Shown: positions 43,125-54,797 of the stretch, piece after piece | Position numbering within the stretch: position 1 is the first letter of the stretch | Layout: every line of letters starts with the position of its first letter | NCBI GenBank assembly: GCA_937625935.1 | Contig: OW569378.1 | Span: forward strand, 186,001 to 250,000 | Origin: Tetramitus jugosus | Lineage: Eukaryota > Protista > Heterolobosea | Direction of reading: 5' to 3' | DNA: 64,000 nt | Made by a program: the position numbers and the translations under genes | Notes under the pieces: generated by a model | Told to the model about the DNA's origin: nothing | The model's database searches: none | The model's input: only the letters and a program-made list of their open reading frames with translations

Positions 43125-44034
43125 CTTCAAACAAAAGAGTCAAGCGAATGGACATCGCTATTTTTGCTTGCGCTAGAACCACTTAGGTGGGACAATAAAA
43201 AAAGGTTCTAACCCATCGAATGTTGTTGAACAAGACGAGTGGAGAAGTGGCCTTCTTCTTGACAAGCACTTCGTACTAGATAATCGCGAGCAACAAGAGC
43301 TAAGAGGTGATTACTATGGAGAAAATTCGAAGTCCAAGACCAACTCATTCTAGTTTTTTCAAACGATTGGATTCAAGCAGCTACTTGATCTCATGGACGC
43401 TCGTAGTATGTGCTTTCTAGGAATTCGGATAGATCATATTATTACCTCCACATCCTTGTTGTAATAGTCTCGGGCTAACCAAATCTCCGTCGACGTTTGG
43501 CTTCTGTCGCAAACATCTCTTGAGTTTTACTGCTTTCCTTGAAGGCAGAAAAAATCCACAGACACAAGAGAACTAACTTCACCGAGTTGGTACCATTACC
43601 AAGCCCACACCGAGTTGCCTCTCACTCAACTCACCTCTAGCTAGCTCCTCATTCAATCTTTGAAGAACGACCTACCTCAACCTTCCAAACAGACAACCAG
43701 CACGAGCTCGTTTTCTCCACACCAACGAAAAAGTCGAAAAAGGAATATCTCAATTCAAAACTTTTTTTTCCTGTCGCTGCCCTCGATCTCTGTAAGCCGC
43801 TGTTCATTGCACTTCACACCAACGAACAAATTGGTGAACTGCACTCCCTCACCTTGTTTCTCACTCAAAAAAAGCTCTTCAAGCAGTAGTCTTTCACTGC
43901 CACTCAAACAACAACAACAGCTCACTCAAGTACAGCTTTTTCATTTTTAGCTCACTAAAATTTTTGCGTTCGATTCGCAGAACACACCACCCAATTCCCA
44001 AAAGAACCAACAACATCGAACCAACCAACATTGA

Positions 44035-45033
44035 ATGATGATGACCTCCATTCATCACCAAGAACAAGTCATTTCGGTGCTCTATGATAAACTCGAGCTC
44101 GCCATTCGCTTTGCGAATGAAAATCCCAATAGTCCCCTAGCAAAAATGAAGCAACAAATCTTGTCAACACAAAAGCTCATTGAGCCAGTGTTGACGAGTA
44201 GTAGTGGTGCTATCAGTGCAACGTCATCTTCCTCTTCTTTTATGAGCTGTAGCACTGCACCCATGTCTGGTAGCTCAACAGCTAGTGCAGCTGCAGATGC
44301 TTCCTCGTCTTCCTCTTCTTCAATCAAACTTGAAAAAGTCAAAGAAGAGGAACTGGAGCAAGAACAAGCGCAAGAGCCAACGATAGAGTCAAGTCCTACA
44401 ACTGCAAATAGTAGTAGTCGGAGGTCCATTGAGGACATTATGGAAAATTCTTTTGATGCATCTGTTGTGATCAAAGATGAAGATGCTAATCAAATCATGC
44501 ATAATTTCCTGTTGTCTGTCAGTCGGAACTGCAAAGTCGATCAAGAATCGACAGCAACAAAGAAGAGAAAGAATAGACCTTGGCAATCGACTGAAGGTCT
44601 AGATGATAGTCTACAGCTGCACAATGAGAGCTCTGAATCGGCCATCGATTTCGATTATGGTGCTGGAGAAACAAGTGCACCAAAGAAGAAGAGAAAAGCA
44701 GCAACCAAGAGCAAAGCCAATTCCAAACCGGCAACAGCTGATTCGTTGATAGCCTCCAATTCTAACATTCCTCTGATTCATGTGGCAGGCAAGGCTTATC
44801 TGACACACAAGGATCTGACAACCATCACGAAGACCAAGTATCCACTGAATGAAGCTCTGGTGAAAAACTTTAAGAAGGAGAGAGAAGAAGAAGCTTTCAT
44901 ATGGGTGGGCATAGCAGATTATGATATGCTCGTTGTTCAACACCCAAAAATCAAGAAGAATCATTTCCAAGGAACGAACAAGTCCATGAGGTTATTCTCC
45001 ACAGATTTCATGGTTTACCTCAAGAACCGCTAA
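44035..45033 (+). CDS. Putative DNA-binding nuclear protein, uncharacterised family (C-terminal ORF6N/KilA-N-like domain); paralogue of 15024-16304
   Basis: 332-aa ORF; Ser-rich body, NLS-like KKRKNR and PKKKRK; shares the C-terminal 85-aa domain ending YLKNR*. Confidence 0.7.
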   Translation: MMMTSIHHQEQVISVLYDKLELAIRFANENPNSPLAKMKQQILSTQKLIEPVLTSSSGAISATSSSSSFMSCSTAPMSGSSTASAAADASSSSSSSIKLEKVKEEELEQEQAQEPTIESSPTTANSSSRRSIEDIMENSFDASVVIKDEDANQIMHNFLLSVSRNCKVDQESTATKKRKNRPWQSTEGLDDSLQLHNESSESAIDFDYGAGETSAPKKKRKAATKSKANSKPATADSLIASNSNIPLIHVAGKAYLTHKDLTTITKTKYPLNEALVKNFKKEREEEAFIWVGIADYDMLVVQHPKIKKNHFQGTNKSMRLFSTDFMVYLKNR

Positions 45034-45206
45034 AGCACCTCAATACCACACAGTCTGGCTGACATAATTGCCATCCATCTGTGTCAAAAGTCAACCATAT
45101 TTGTACAAAATAAAGCCAATAAATTATTGACAACAAAATTCCATCCGTTGTAACACAAAATTACCACGATCGGAAAAAATGGTATTGGAGGCAAAAATCC
45201 CACAGC

Positions 45207-46733
45207 ATGAACAAACGCAAAACCCCATTGTCCTACCACAAGCTCATTAACTTGGACAGTGATGAAGAGGAGGAGCAAATACGGAAAAGAATCAGAAAGG
45301 GTTCACCTCAAAAGGACACCCACCAAGCTACTGTAGTGAGATCGACCGTTACTACTACGACCGCTGACAGTAACTCCGACTGTCGGATTTACGATCAGAT
45401 CAAGAGTCAAAATTCTGAACATGCAATACAATCAAAACTTGGTGATTCCATTGACATATCTACCATTGATTTTAGGGTATTAGCAAGTCAATATCCAGAT
45501 TTTACAAAAGTTGTCAAGAAACAAACACCAAAGAGTGGTGACCAAACAAAACATGGGAGTACAGAAGATGTGGAAGATGGTGGATATGACGACAGTTCAT
45601 TGACAATCGATTGGAAGGATGCATATTCACAAATGATATTAACAAAAACAATATTGAAGCATTATTTTAAGATTGAATGGGGTTTGCCTGTCGAAAAGAG
45701 TGAAAATACCATCAAGCAGACAATGGATGACTGTTATTTAATACCACCTGTTTTGAACCGTCTCAACTATATTCGATGGATTCATCATTTCCTATCCAAT
45801 GTGATTGATCGAGGGAATGAGAGTGAAAAGCAATCCATTTGTGGTATAGATATTGGAACAGGTGCAAATGTTATTTATCCATTGTTGGGTCATGCTGTTT
45901 ATGGTTGGAACTTTGTAGCAACAGACATTAATGAGGAAGCTCTGAAAGTAGCCAAGCAAAATGTAGAGAGTAATGGTTGGAGTAACAATATACATCTCGT
46001 TCATCAAACAGGCTCTAATCAAATGATACGCAACATCATTGATAGTGATGATAATGAATTTCGAAGATATGATTTTCTTATGTGCAATCCTCCCTTTTTT
46101 ACTCGTGAAGAGTTTGATGCGAGGGACTCTGTACCCAGTAAACCGAATGCAATTTGTACTGGAAACCGTTTCGAAATGATTACCGAAGGAGGCGAAATCG
46201 TCTTTGTTAAGAAAATAATTGATGAATCGATTCATTTATCGAGCCGAGTTGCGATTTATACATCCATGCTTGGTAAGAAAGCGAGTATTAAACCACTTAT
46301 GCAATACTTGCGTGACTTGAATATAACATCTATATTTTCTACTGAATTCAAGCAGGGAAGAACAGGTCGATGGGCGATAGCATGGACTTTTGACAAACTG
46401 AAAGAATCATCAAGCTCAATTATCAAGCCTAAAATGACATGGGACTTGAGCAACTCATCTATTTTGCCCGAACTGATACAAAATATCAAAGCATTTCTTT
46501 CTTCATTGCCAATTGTGTCGTTTGTGTCTATTGATGCATCAACAGCAATGATGTCAGGATCTCTTGACAACACAGAGCACAGTAGAAAAGATCATTTTAC
46601 AATTCAAATCATCCAGAAACAACCAAAACAATACGTGGTTGAGTTAAAATATGGATCTGACCCTCCTCTCTCGACAGAGTTTGCACACCTGGCAAATTCA
46701 CTTGACAAAAGGCTGACGAGGAGCAATTCATAA
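45207..46733 (+). CDS. METTL16: RNA m6A methyltransferase METTL16 (RlmF family)
   Basis: LIPPV.NRLNYI.WI, GIDIGTGA..IYPLLG, ATDI, catalytic MCNPPFF, EGGE..FV, TSMLGKK, EF.QGRT.RWAIAW. Confidence 0.9.
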   Translation: MNKRKTPLSYHKLINLDSDEEEEQIRKRIRKGSPQKDTHQATVVRSTVTTTTADSNSDCRIYDQIKSQNSEHAIQSKLGDSIDISTIDFRVLASQYPDFTKVVKKQTPKSGDQTKHGSTEDVEDGGYDDSSLTIDWKDAYSQMILTKTILKHYFKIEWGLPVEKSENTIKQTMDDCYLIPPVLNRLNYIRWIHHFLSNVIDRGNESEKQSICGIDIGTGANVIYPLLGHAVYGWNFVATDINEEALKVAKQNVESNGWSNNIHLVHQTGSNQMIRNIIDSDDNEFRRYDFLMCNPPFFTREEFDARDSVPSKPNAICTGNRFEMITEGGEIVFVKKIIDESIHLSSRVAIYTSMLGKKASIKPLMQYLRDLNITSIFSTEFKQGRTGRWAIAWTFDKLKESSSSIIKPKMTWDLSNSSILPELIQNIKAFLSSLPIVSFVSIDASTAMMSGSLDNTEHSRKDHFTIQIIQKQPKQYVVELKYGSDPPLSTEFAHLANSLDKRLTRSNS

Positions 46734-46795
46734 CTCAAAAACATTTATTTTACAGCGAACATATCATACAGAACTCTATCAACACATGCAAACTA

Positions 46796-48346
46796 TTAGC
46801 TCGGAACTTCAGCTGCACTGGACATATGAATTCGATGCTTGAAGTCATCATCTATCATTCCTTTCGTGTATGCAGTGTCGGCGTCTGGAGTGGATCGCAA
46901 TGTCACAAGCGTACTTGCAGTCGAACAGTTTGGTGCTCCAGCTTTTCTTTGAGTTATTGAATCAAGGATTGAAGCAGCTGGATTTAAAGATGTCTCAAAT
47001 GAGAATGGAATTGGTTTCTCAGCATCAATTGACTTGAAGTCACTCCACATTTGACTCTTCTGCTTCATTGGTGCGAACTCCTTCAGCTTGAAAATAACCA
47101 ATCCAGTGCTGTAAATCAACACAAAGTTCAGAACAAATATACAGAACGAAATTCCACTGATTGCAAAGTAATCTCCCGTCGTATATGTATAAGATTCCTT
47201 GTTTCTCACTTCAGTGTACAGGTTCACCTGAGGCATAAATAATGAGAACAGTGCATAGGAGAAGAGCATTCCAGTGTTTGTGATGGGTGGTAACAGTGCT
47301 GCACTGATTGCCACTCCCACTAATGAATTAATGGAACCATGACTCACTGCTAGTGCCACACCAATACCAGAAACAAAAGCAATCACAATACCAAAGATGA
47401 TGCCCTCTAAACGACCTCTATCTAGCATTTGGAACGTGGGGAAACCAAGTGAGTGAGGACCACCAAAAGGTGACAACACTGCTCCAATGACCATGCCCGT
47501 GCACAACGCAAGTAAGCAACCAGCTAATTCGCTCTTAATTGATTTCACAATGAGAACACGACTTCGAATAATTGTTCCCAGAGTCAATCCCAAAATAGGT
47601 CCCATGAGTGGACTCACAAGCATACTGGCAACAATTGTGACTGCATTGTCCGTAGCAAGACCAACACCTGCAAGAATGGCTCCAATGAGACAAAACAGCA
47701 AGAAATCCAGAGTGAGCTTGGATTGGTTCAATACCTGTGCATACACATATTCTGTCAGTAGTCTTCTCTTTGCAAACTTGGAGGTTCTCTTTGCAGTCTT
47801 GTTGTCAGTAGGCTCTCCCGTCAAATGTGGCTTTGTCGCAATCAGATTCATCACATCAATCATGCCATAATCCAGACCAACACCCTTGACCTCGCTCAAA
47901 TCAGTTACAATCTCCGTCAATCGCTCATCTCTGCATCGGAAAAGTACCAGACAACAATTGTGACTCACCTTGTGATAGGGGGAAGACGAACTCATGGTGT
48001 CATACGTAGGAGTTCCCGGAAGCACAGAGGAACTCTTGTCGCTTGGACCATTGTTTTTACTAGTATCGTACAGATGGATAGTGTCATCATCATTGTGGTT
48101 GTTGAATGTGTCTTGATCCACGTGAACACTGCCAATCATGACCTTTTCACCTAACTTTGAGCCATCATCACCTGAAGATGAAGCCAAGGGTGTGTTGCTT
48201 CCATGAATATGATCGATCAAATCCTTGTTCGTTGTTGTATTCGAGTCAACCACTGTTACATTTTTGATTCCTTTCTCCATCTTCAGAAAGTGAACGACAG
48301 AGGAAACTTGTTCCTTGTCAATCGTCAATTGTATTAGATAGGGCAT
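46796..48346 (-). CDS. DUF389 / TIGR00341-family membrane protein
   Basis: AGVGLATDN.V.IVASMLVSPLMGPI, SLVGVAISAALLPP; N-terminal ferredoxin-like segment. Confidence 0.85.
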   Translation of the reverse strand: MPYLIQLTIDKEQVSSVVHFLKMEKGIKNVTVVDSNTTTNKDLIDHIHGSNTPLASSSGDDGSKLGEKVMIGSVHVDQDTFNNHNDDDTIHLYDTSKNNGPSDKSSSVLPGTPTYDTMSSSSPYHKVSHNCCLVLFRCRDERLTEIVTDLSEVKGVGLDYGMIDVMNLIATKPHLTGEPTDNKTAKRTSKFAKRRLLTEYVYAQVLNQSKLTLDFLLFCLIGAILAGVGLATDNAVTIVASMLVSPLMGPILGLTLGTIIRSRVLIVKSIKSELAGCLLALCTGMVIGAVLSPFGGPHSLGFPTFQMLDRGRLEGIIFGIVIAFVSGIGVALAVSHGSINSLVGVAISAALLPPITNTGMLFSYALFSLFMPQVNLYTEVRNKESYTYTTGDYFAISGISFCIFVLNFVLIYSTGLVIFKLKEFAPMKQKSQMWSDFKSIDAEKPIPFSFETSLNPAASILDSITQRKAGAPNCSTASTLVTLRSTPDADTAYTKGMIDDDFKHRIHMSSAAEVPS

Positions 48347-48924
48347 GATGATTTTTGCAGCTAGAGTTGAGTCTATTGATGAGATCTGAGTTACTTTGTT
48401 TGTTTCTTATTTGGTTTCTTCCTCTTTGTATCGATAGGCCAGAATACAAGGGAACAATAATGTTATTGTTAGTTGACCAGGGAATTATTCACTCACACAT
48501 AAAAATACATGAAACGAAGCGAGTGTCGCAACAATCGGAATGGCTATTTTGAACAACCAACGATCAGATTTTTTGGATCACCAACTCGAGTCATGATTTG
48601 TCCTGTGCTCAAGTGTCACTGAAGTGAGCTCGTTCCTCTTGCATGAAGAAAACACAACGATTGATCACATGACTTGATTCGTGACACAACGTTCCGCGTG
48701 ACACATCGCTTCACGAAAAGTCCATTGTCGTCAAATTCAAGAGTTCGCCAACGTTGACATCTACAACACAGCAGCGGGCAAAAAAACTCCCCATCCGTGC
48801 GAAACCACCGAAATCAACAAAACAACTCAACCCTTGGTGTCACCAATAACAACAAGCTTACACCACCAAAAAAACAACTCAAAAAACAGCACCTCTATCC
48901 ACTATCATTTTTTTTTCTATTTAA

Positions 48925-50866
<1,942 letters not shown>

Positions 50867-50986
50867 ATAAATAGTAAACCACACAGTGTACATGTACAAT
50901 AAGGCTTTGTTAGCTCTGTTAATTAATTCATAGAGAAATTTTATTTCATCATGAAACAACCAAACATGATCAAACCAGTAAGAGGC

Positions 50987-51919
50987 TTATGTGGCAAAAC
51001 CAGAAGAGCCTGAGACGGATGTAATGTTTTGATAACCGCCACCAGATGAGTGATGATGGTGACCGTGATGGCCGTGATGATGGTGGCCATGGTCATAGTA
51101 TGCACCATTGTTGTAAGTGTAAGCCCAAGGGAACAATCCTCTCTTGATACCTTGCCAGATGGAGCACAAGACTGAGCAAGCCAAACAAATGCACACAAAG
51201 ACAATAATAACGACAATCACAGCAACAGTGCCCAAGAATGTAGGCTTTTTGGCCTTGCATCTACTCCAATCTCCAAGACTGGATGGCAATGTCACAGTAA
51301 TGTCATAGTTGCTGTTTTGCATCAATTGTCCATGTAGGAAGCCAACTTTTCCATATGGAATATAGCGACCATCATCTAAAGGAGTCCAACTCAATTCACT
51401 GCCATCAGTTTTGTTGGCATTGATTGGAACAAAGACGTTGGCACTGATATGTCCCACAGAGGTTCCCCACTTGTAAGAATAGAACAGAGTGTTCTGATGA
51501 GAGTTCACATTCTTGAAGGTGCCGCTCAATCTGAAGCTCAGAGTAAAAGTGACAGTCTTGACACCGCTGGTCACACCTTGAAAGTCCCAAACGAGATATT
51601 TACCAGTCTTGCTGTCATCCTCTCTCAGATAGCTAGTGGAGACAAAGACTTGATTGGATGAGACCTTGTAGTTGCTAATGGTGAGACCACCATACGTGTT
51701 TTGATAGGAGAAGAATCTACCAACAGAGCTGTATGGACCAGTGAATTGGAAGGTAATGGATTCTTGGACGACAACGTCGCATGAGTCTGGAACGACATTC
51801 ATGGAGGTTTGAATGTACTCAATCAGATAGGACTTTTGTTGTGCGAGTGTGCTGCTCGAAAGGAGCAATTGCACAAGCAGGCACAATAGTGCAACAATGA
51901 GAAACTTGGAAGTTTTCAT
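50987..51919 (-). CDS. Type I membrane protein with DUF2207-like ectodomain and His-rich cytosolic tail
   Basis: Signal peptide; I....V.PD...V.ESI.F.F.G....R pattern; Cys-rich TM; tail DHGHHHHGHHGHHHH...SGSSG. Confidence 0.6.
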   Translation of the reverse strand: MKTSKFLIVALLCLLVQLLLSSSTLAQQKSYLIEYIQTSMNVVPDSCDVVVQESITFQFTGPYSSVGRFFSYQNTYGGLTISNYKVSSNQVFVSTSYLREDDSKTGKYLVWDFQGVTSGVKTVTFTLSFRLSGTFKNVNSHQNTLFYSYKWGTSVGHISANVFVPINANKTDGSELSWTPLDDGRYIPYGKVGFLHGQLMQNSNYDITVTLPSSLGDWSRCKAKKPTFLGTVAVIVVIIVFVCICLACSVLCSIWQGIKRGLFPWAYTYNNGAYYDHGHHHHGHHGHHHHSSGGGYQNITSVSGSSGFAT

Positions 51920-52093
51920 ACTTTAATGTGTGTGAAAGGGCGTAAGAGTGTTGAAGCTTTTGTGATTTTTCAGAAAGAATGATTGCTGCAGAAAAAACAA
52001 CAAGTGCCATGACTGCGCAGTTTCCATTCTCATGGTCGATTGAAGTCGGTCGGGGTGAACTCAAGTTTTCTTTCAATTTCCGTAGTGGAAACC

Positions 52094-54667
52094 ATGCTCC
52101 GACTCCCATTCTCCGACTCGCACAAAGAAAGAAAAATCATGTCTTCTCGGCTTCTGTTTGTTCAGCACTGTGGTGAATGGAGAGGAGGCACAATCCTCTT
52201 CTTCTTGTTCTTTCTTTCACTCTATGCTGTTTTTTCAGAAACGACAGGAGCTTTACAACTGAAATCATCAGTGCCCTATCCCATCACAAGCTACATGAAA
52301 TCTGCAGTGGAGGATCCATGCGATCCCTTGAAATTTTTTGTTGGTATCAAATCAATGCCTTACTCTTCCATTGTTCGTGGTGGAATCACGGCACAGAAGA
52401 AGCCTGGTAGTAGCACAGGTGTCACTGACATTGTTTTTCTGAATGATGGTGAGTCTGAGATGGGAGAATTGTTCATGTTGGAACGGCCATCTCAACCAGA
52501 TGGAAGTAATACGATTCCTTCTTGGTCACTTATTGTACCAGTGTATCATCACATTCGTCATCAGTTGATTCTTGTGCATTTTGAAGTGACAGAGGAGCGT
52601 TTTACTCGATTGGAGGATGTGATTGTTGATGGAGAGGATTATGATGGGCCGATTAGTGCTGTAACAGTGGTTCCCGATCCAAAATTCAATGATTTGATTC
52701 ATATTGTTCATGTGGATGGTGATGCTCTTCGTGTGTTGACGCATCTAAAGCTTCAACTCGCAGCTAATCAAAGTGGTAGTGGCAGATTGTCAAAATTTGA
52801 TATTATTATTACAAAACAGAATACGTTGCCTCGGGTCGTACCATTGGTGACCGATGTTGATGAAGGTTGCCATTTAATTGTGGGTGAAGACATGTTCTAT
52901 TTTGTTGAAAAGTATTATCCATCAGCCGAAGGACCGATAGCGAGATCATTTAAGGTTACTCCTGAGCGGTTGGCCACAGTTGTGCTCCGGTGGTCAAGAA
53001 ACTTTGTGGATACTGCTCTTTTAACACACGTGTTTCAGAACAACATTAACTCTGTTGCGATTGTTGTTCAGTTCGACAGCGAAACAGCTCTCCTTTTTGG
53101 AAGTCCGTCTTCCCTTCCTGGGTCAGACTCAATGACCATGATCGAAGGTTCATATATTGGAAACACATTTTTTTCGATGGACAAGCGACTTGATATATTG
53201 TATATTATGAATCAGGCGCTCATAGATGATGAAGATGACTTTGGTATTGCCCCAGCCTATGTTAGGATTGTCGATTATTACGCAAAAAATATAACTCAAA
53301 TCGGGGAGCGATATGAAGGTGAGATAACCTTTCAAGTTCCATTCTACCTTAACGAAAACGTAACGGGTTTGGCTTATGGTGGCTACACTCCTAATTTTTT
53401 CGATAATCAAGGCTTGTATTTAAGTAGCGTTGCCACAGACGGGGCTCTTAGATCCAAAGATTTGGGAACTATTGCAGGCACTCAAGTCTGTTCGTTTTAT
53501 TCCCACTACTACAATCAATTTTTCTATTTTTCTGGAATTGTAACTGCCAAATTTGTGCGTTACGATAAGACACTTAATAGAGTGGAAACAAGGATAATGG
53601 ATGACATCTTTAATAATATGCAATCTTGCGAAATAGATCAATCAGGGAAATATGCTTGGATTGCAGCCTCCAATTTAAAGCATCGAGGCATCATCAAATT
53701 GGATCTCCAATCTCTCACCGTTGTTGCAACACAAGCTTTTCAGTTTGTTCAAGCTTCATTTGTTATAGCTACTGATGAATATATTATCGTGGGAGCTAAT
53801 TTTGGTTCTAGTCTCATTCGAATGCCAATCAATAATCTAACGGATGTATCCTTGTATGAAGTTAAAGAACCTGGGCTACTTCAATACCGCTCTGTGTTCT
53901 TGTCAAAGGACAAGCAACACTTGTTTATTCCTATAAGGAGCGTAGAGTCAGGAATCTCCATCTATCCAATGTCCATTAAGGATTTCACTCTCCTTCCTCC
54001 AACTCGAGTGTTAGATCCTTCATCTCGGATGGCGTGTGTAATTCATGACACGCAAGACCGCTTCTTTATTGGAGTGAACAAGGATACACCAACTGAACAA
54101 TGTTCTATTATAAGTGTAGCATTTGACAGGAAGGATCAGAAGCTAAAACTACCAACAGAGTATCATGTGAGTATGGATAAGGATATGGGTATTGAGTGTC
54201 AGGTGCTGACCTGTTTTCAATCAAATGATGACAAGTATGGGTATTTTGCAACTTCTCACAAGTATTTGCTTGCTGTGGATCTATCCCAAACAAAAACCAA
54301 GATGACCATTATTGATCGTCTGGCTGTCAACCAAGAATTCAAGTCAGTTAAAACTAGTTCAAGATCGGCATTTGTCATGGAAGATGGCAACATATATTTG
54401 TTTGATATTTTTATTGGAGGGGATTATTCGAAGGAGCGCAAAGGGATCATGTATCTAATTGTTGGTTGTTCAGTAGGAGGAATCATCATTGCTTGTGGTG
54501 TGCTCATTGGTTTGGTTGTTGCTGCGACTCGCCATGCATGCTGCACCAGAAATTATGGAAAGAGCAAATATTTGAAAAAGCTCTCCAATGACATTCAGAT
54601 GCAACAAATGTTCCTCTTGCATGATGATATTCCAGATTTGGCCATGAGTCACGAAACTTCCCTGTAA
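52094..54667 (+). CDS. Large type I membrane protein with beta-rich (propeller-like) ectodomain, unknown function
   Basis: Stop-free for about 860 codons; signal-like ILFFLFFLSLYAVFS; single TM near the C-terminus (IMYLIVGCSVGGIIIACGVLIGLVVAA); start ATG 52094 or 52139. Confidence 0.7.
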   Translation: MLRLPFSDSHKERKIMSSRLLFVQHCGEWRGGTILFFLFFLSLYAVFSETTGALQLKSSVPYPITSYMKSAVEDPCDPLKFFVGIKSMPYSSIVRGGITAQKKPGSSTGVTDIVFLNDGESEMGELFMLERPSQPDGSNTIPSWSLIVPVYHHIRHQLILVHFEVTEERFTRLEDVIVDGEDYDGPISAVTVVPDPKFNDLIHIVHVDGDALRVLTHLKLQLAANQSGSGRLSKFDIIITKQNTLPRVVPLVTDVDEGCHLIVGEDMFYFVEKYYPSAEGPIARSFKVTPERLATVVLRWSRNFVDTALLTHVFQNNINSVAIVVQFDSETALLFGSPSSLPGSDSMTMIEGSYIGNTFFSMDKRLDILYIMNQALIDDEDDFGIAPAYVRIVDYYAKNITQIGERYEGEITFQVPFYLNENVTGLAYGGYTPNFFDNQGLYLSSVATDGALRSKDLGTIAGTQVCSFYSHYYNQFFYFSGIVTAKFVRYDKTLNRVETRIMDDIFNNMQSCEIDQSGKYAWIAASNLKHRGIIKLDLQSLTVVATQAFQFVQASFVIATDEYIIVGANFGSSLIRMPINNLTDVSLYEVKEPGLLQYRSVFLSKDKQHLFIPIRSVESGISIYPMSIKDFTLLPPTRVLDPSSRMACVIHDTQDRFFIGVNKDTPTEQCSIISVAFDRKDQKLKLPTEYHVSMDKDMGIECQVLTCFQSNDDKYGYFATSHKYLLAVDLSQTKTKMTIIDRLAVNQEFKSVKTSSRSAFVMEDGNIYLFDIFIGGDYSKERKGIMYLIVGCSVGGIIIACGVLIGLVVAATRHACCTRNYGKSKYLKKLSNDIQMQQMFLLHDDIPDLAMSHETSL

Positions 54668-54797
54668 TTGTATTTGACCGAGAATAAATTTTGTAACGTT
54701 CCATTTTCCCTCCATTTTTCGAACAACAGATCAAGTGGAAAAAAGGCCAAGGTGAATTGCTGTGTAGCACAAGCTCTCTTTTGTTCGTTGTTTTGGC

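Noticed and set aside
43219-43353. Short protein-like ATG-less frame (NVVEQDEWRSGLLLDKHF...) in the long spacer
   Set aside because: About 45 codons, with no start, no consensus splice sites and no recognisable homology
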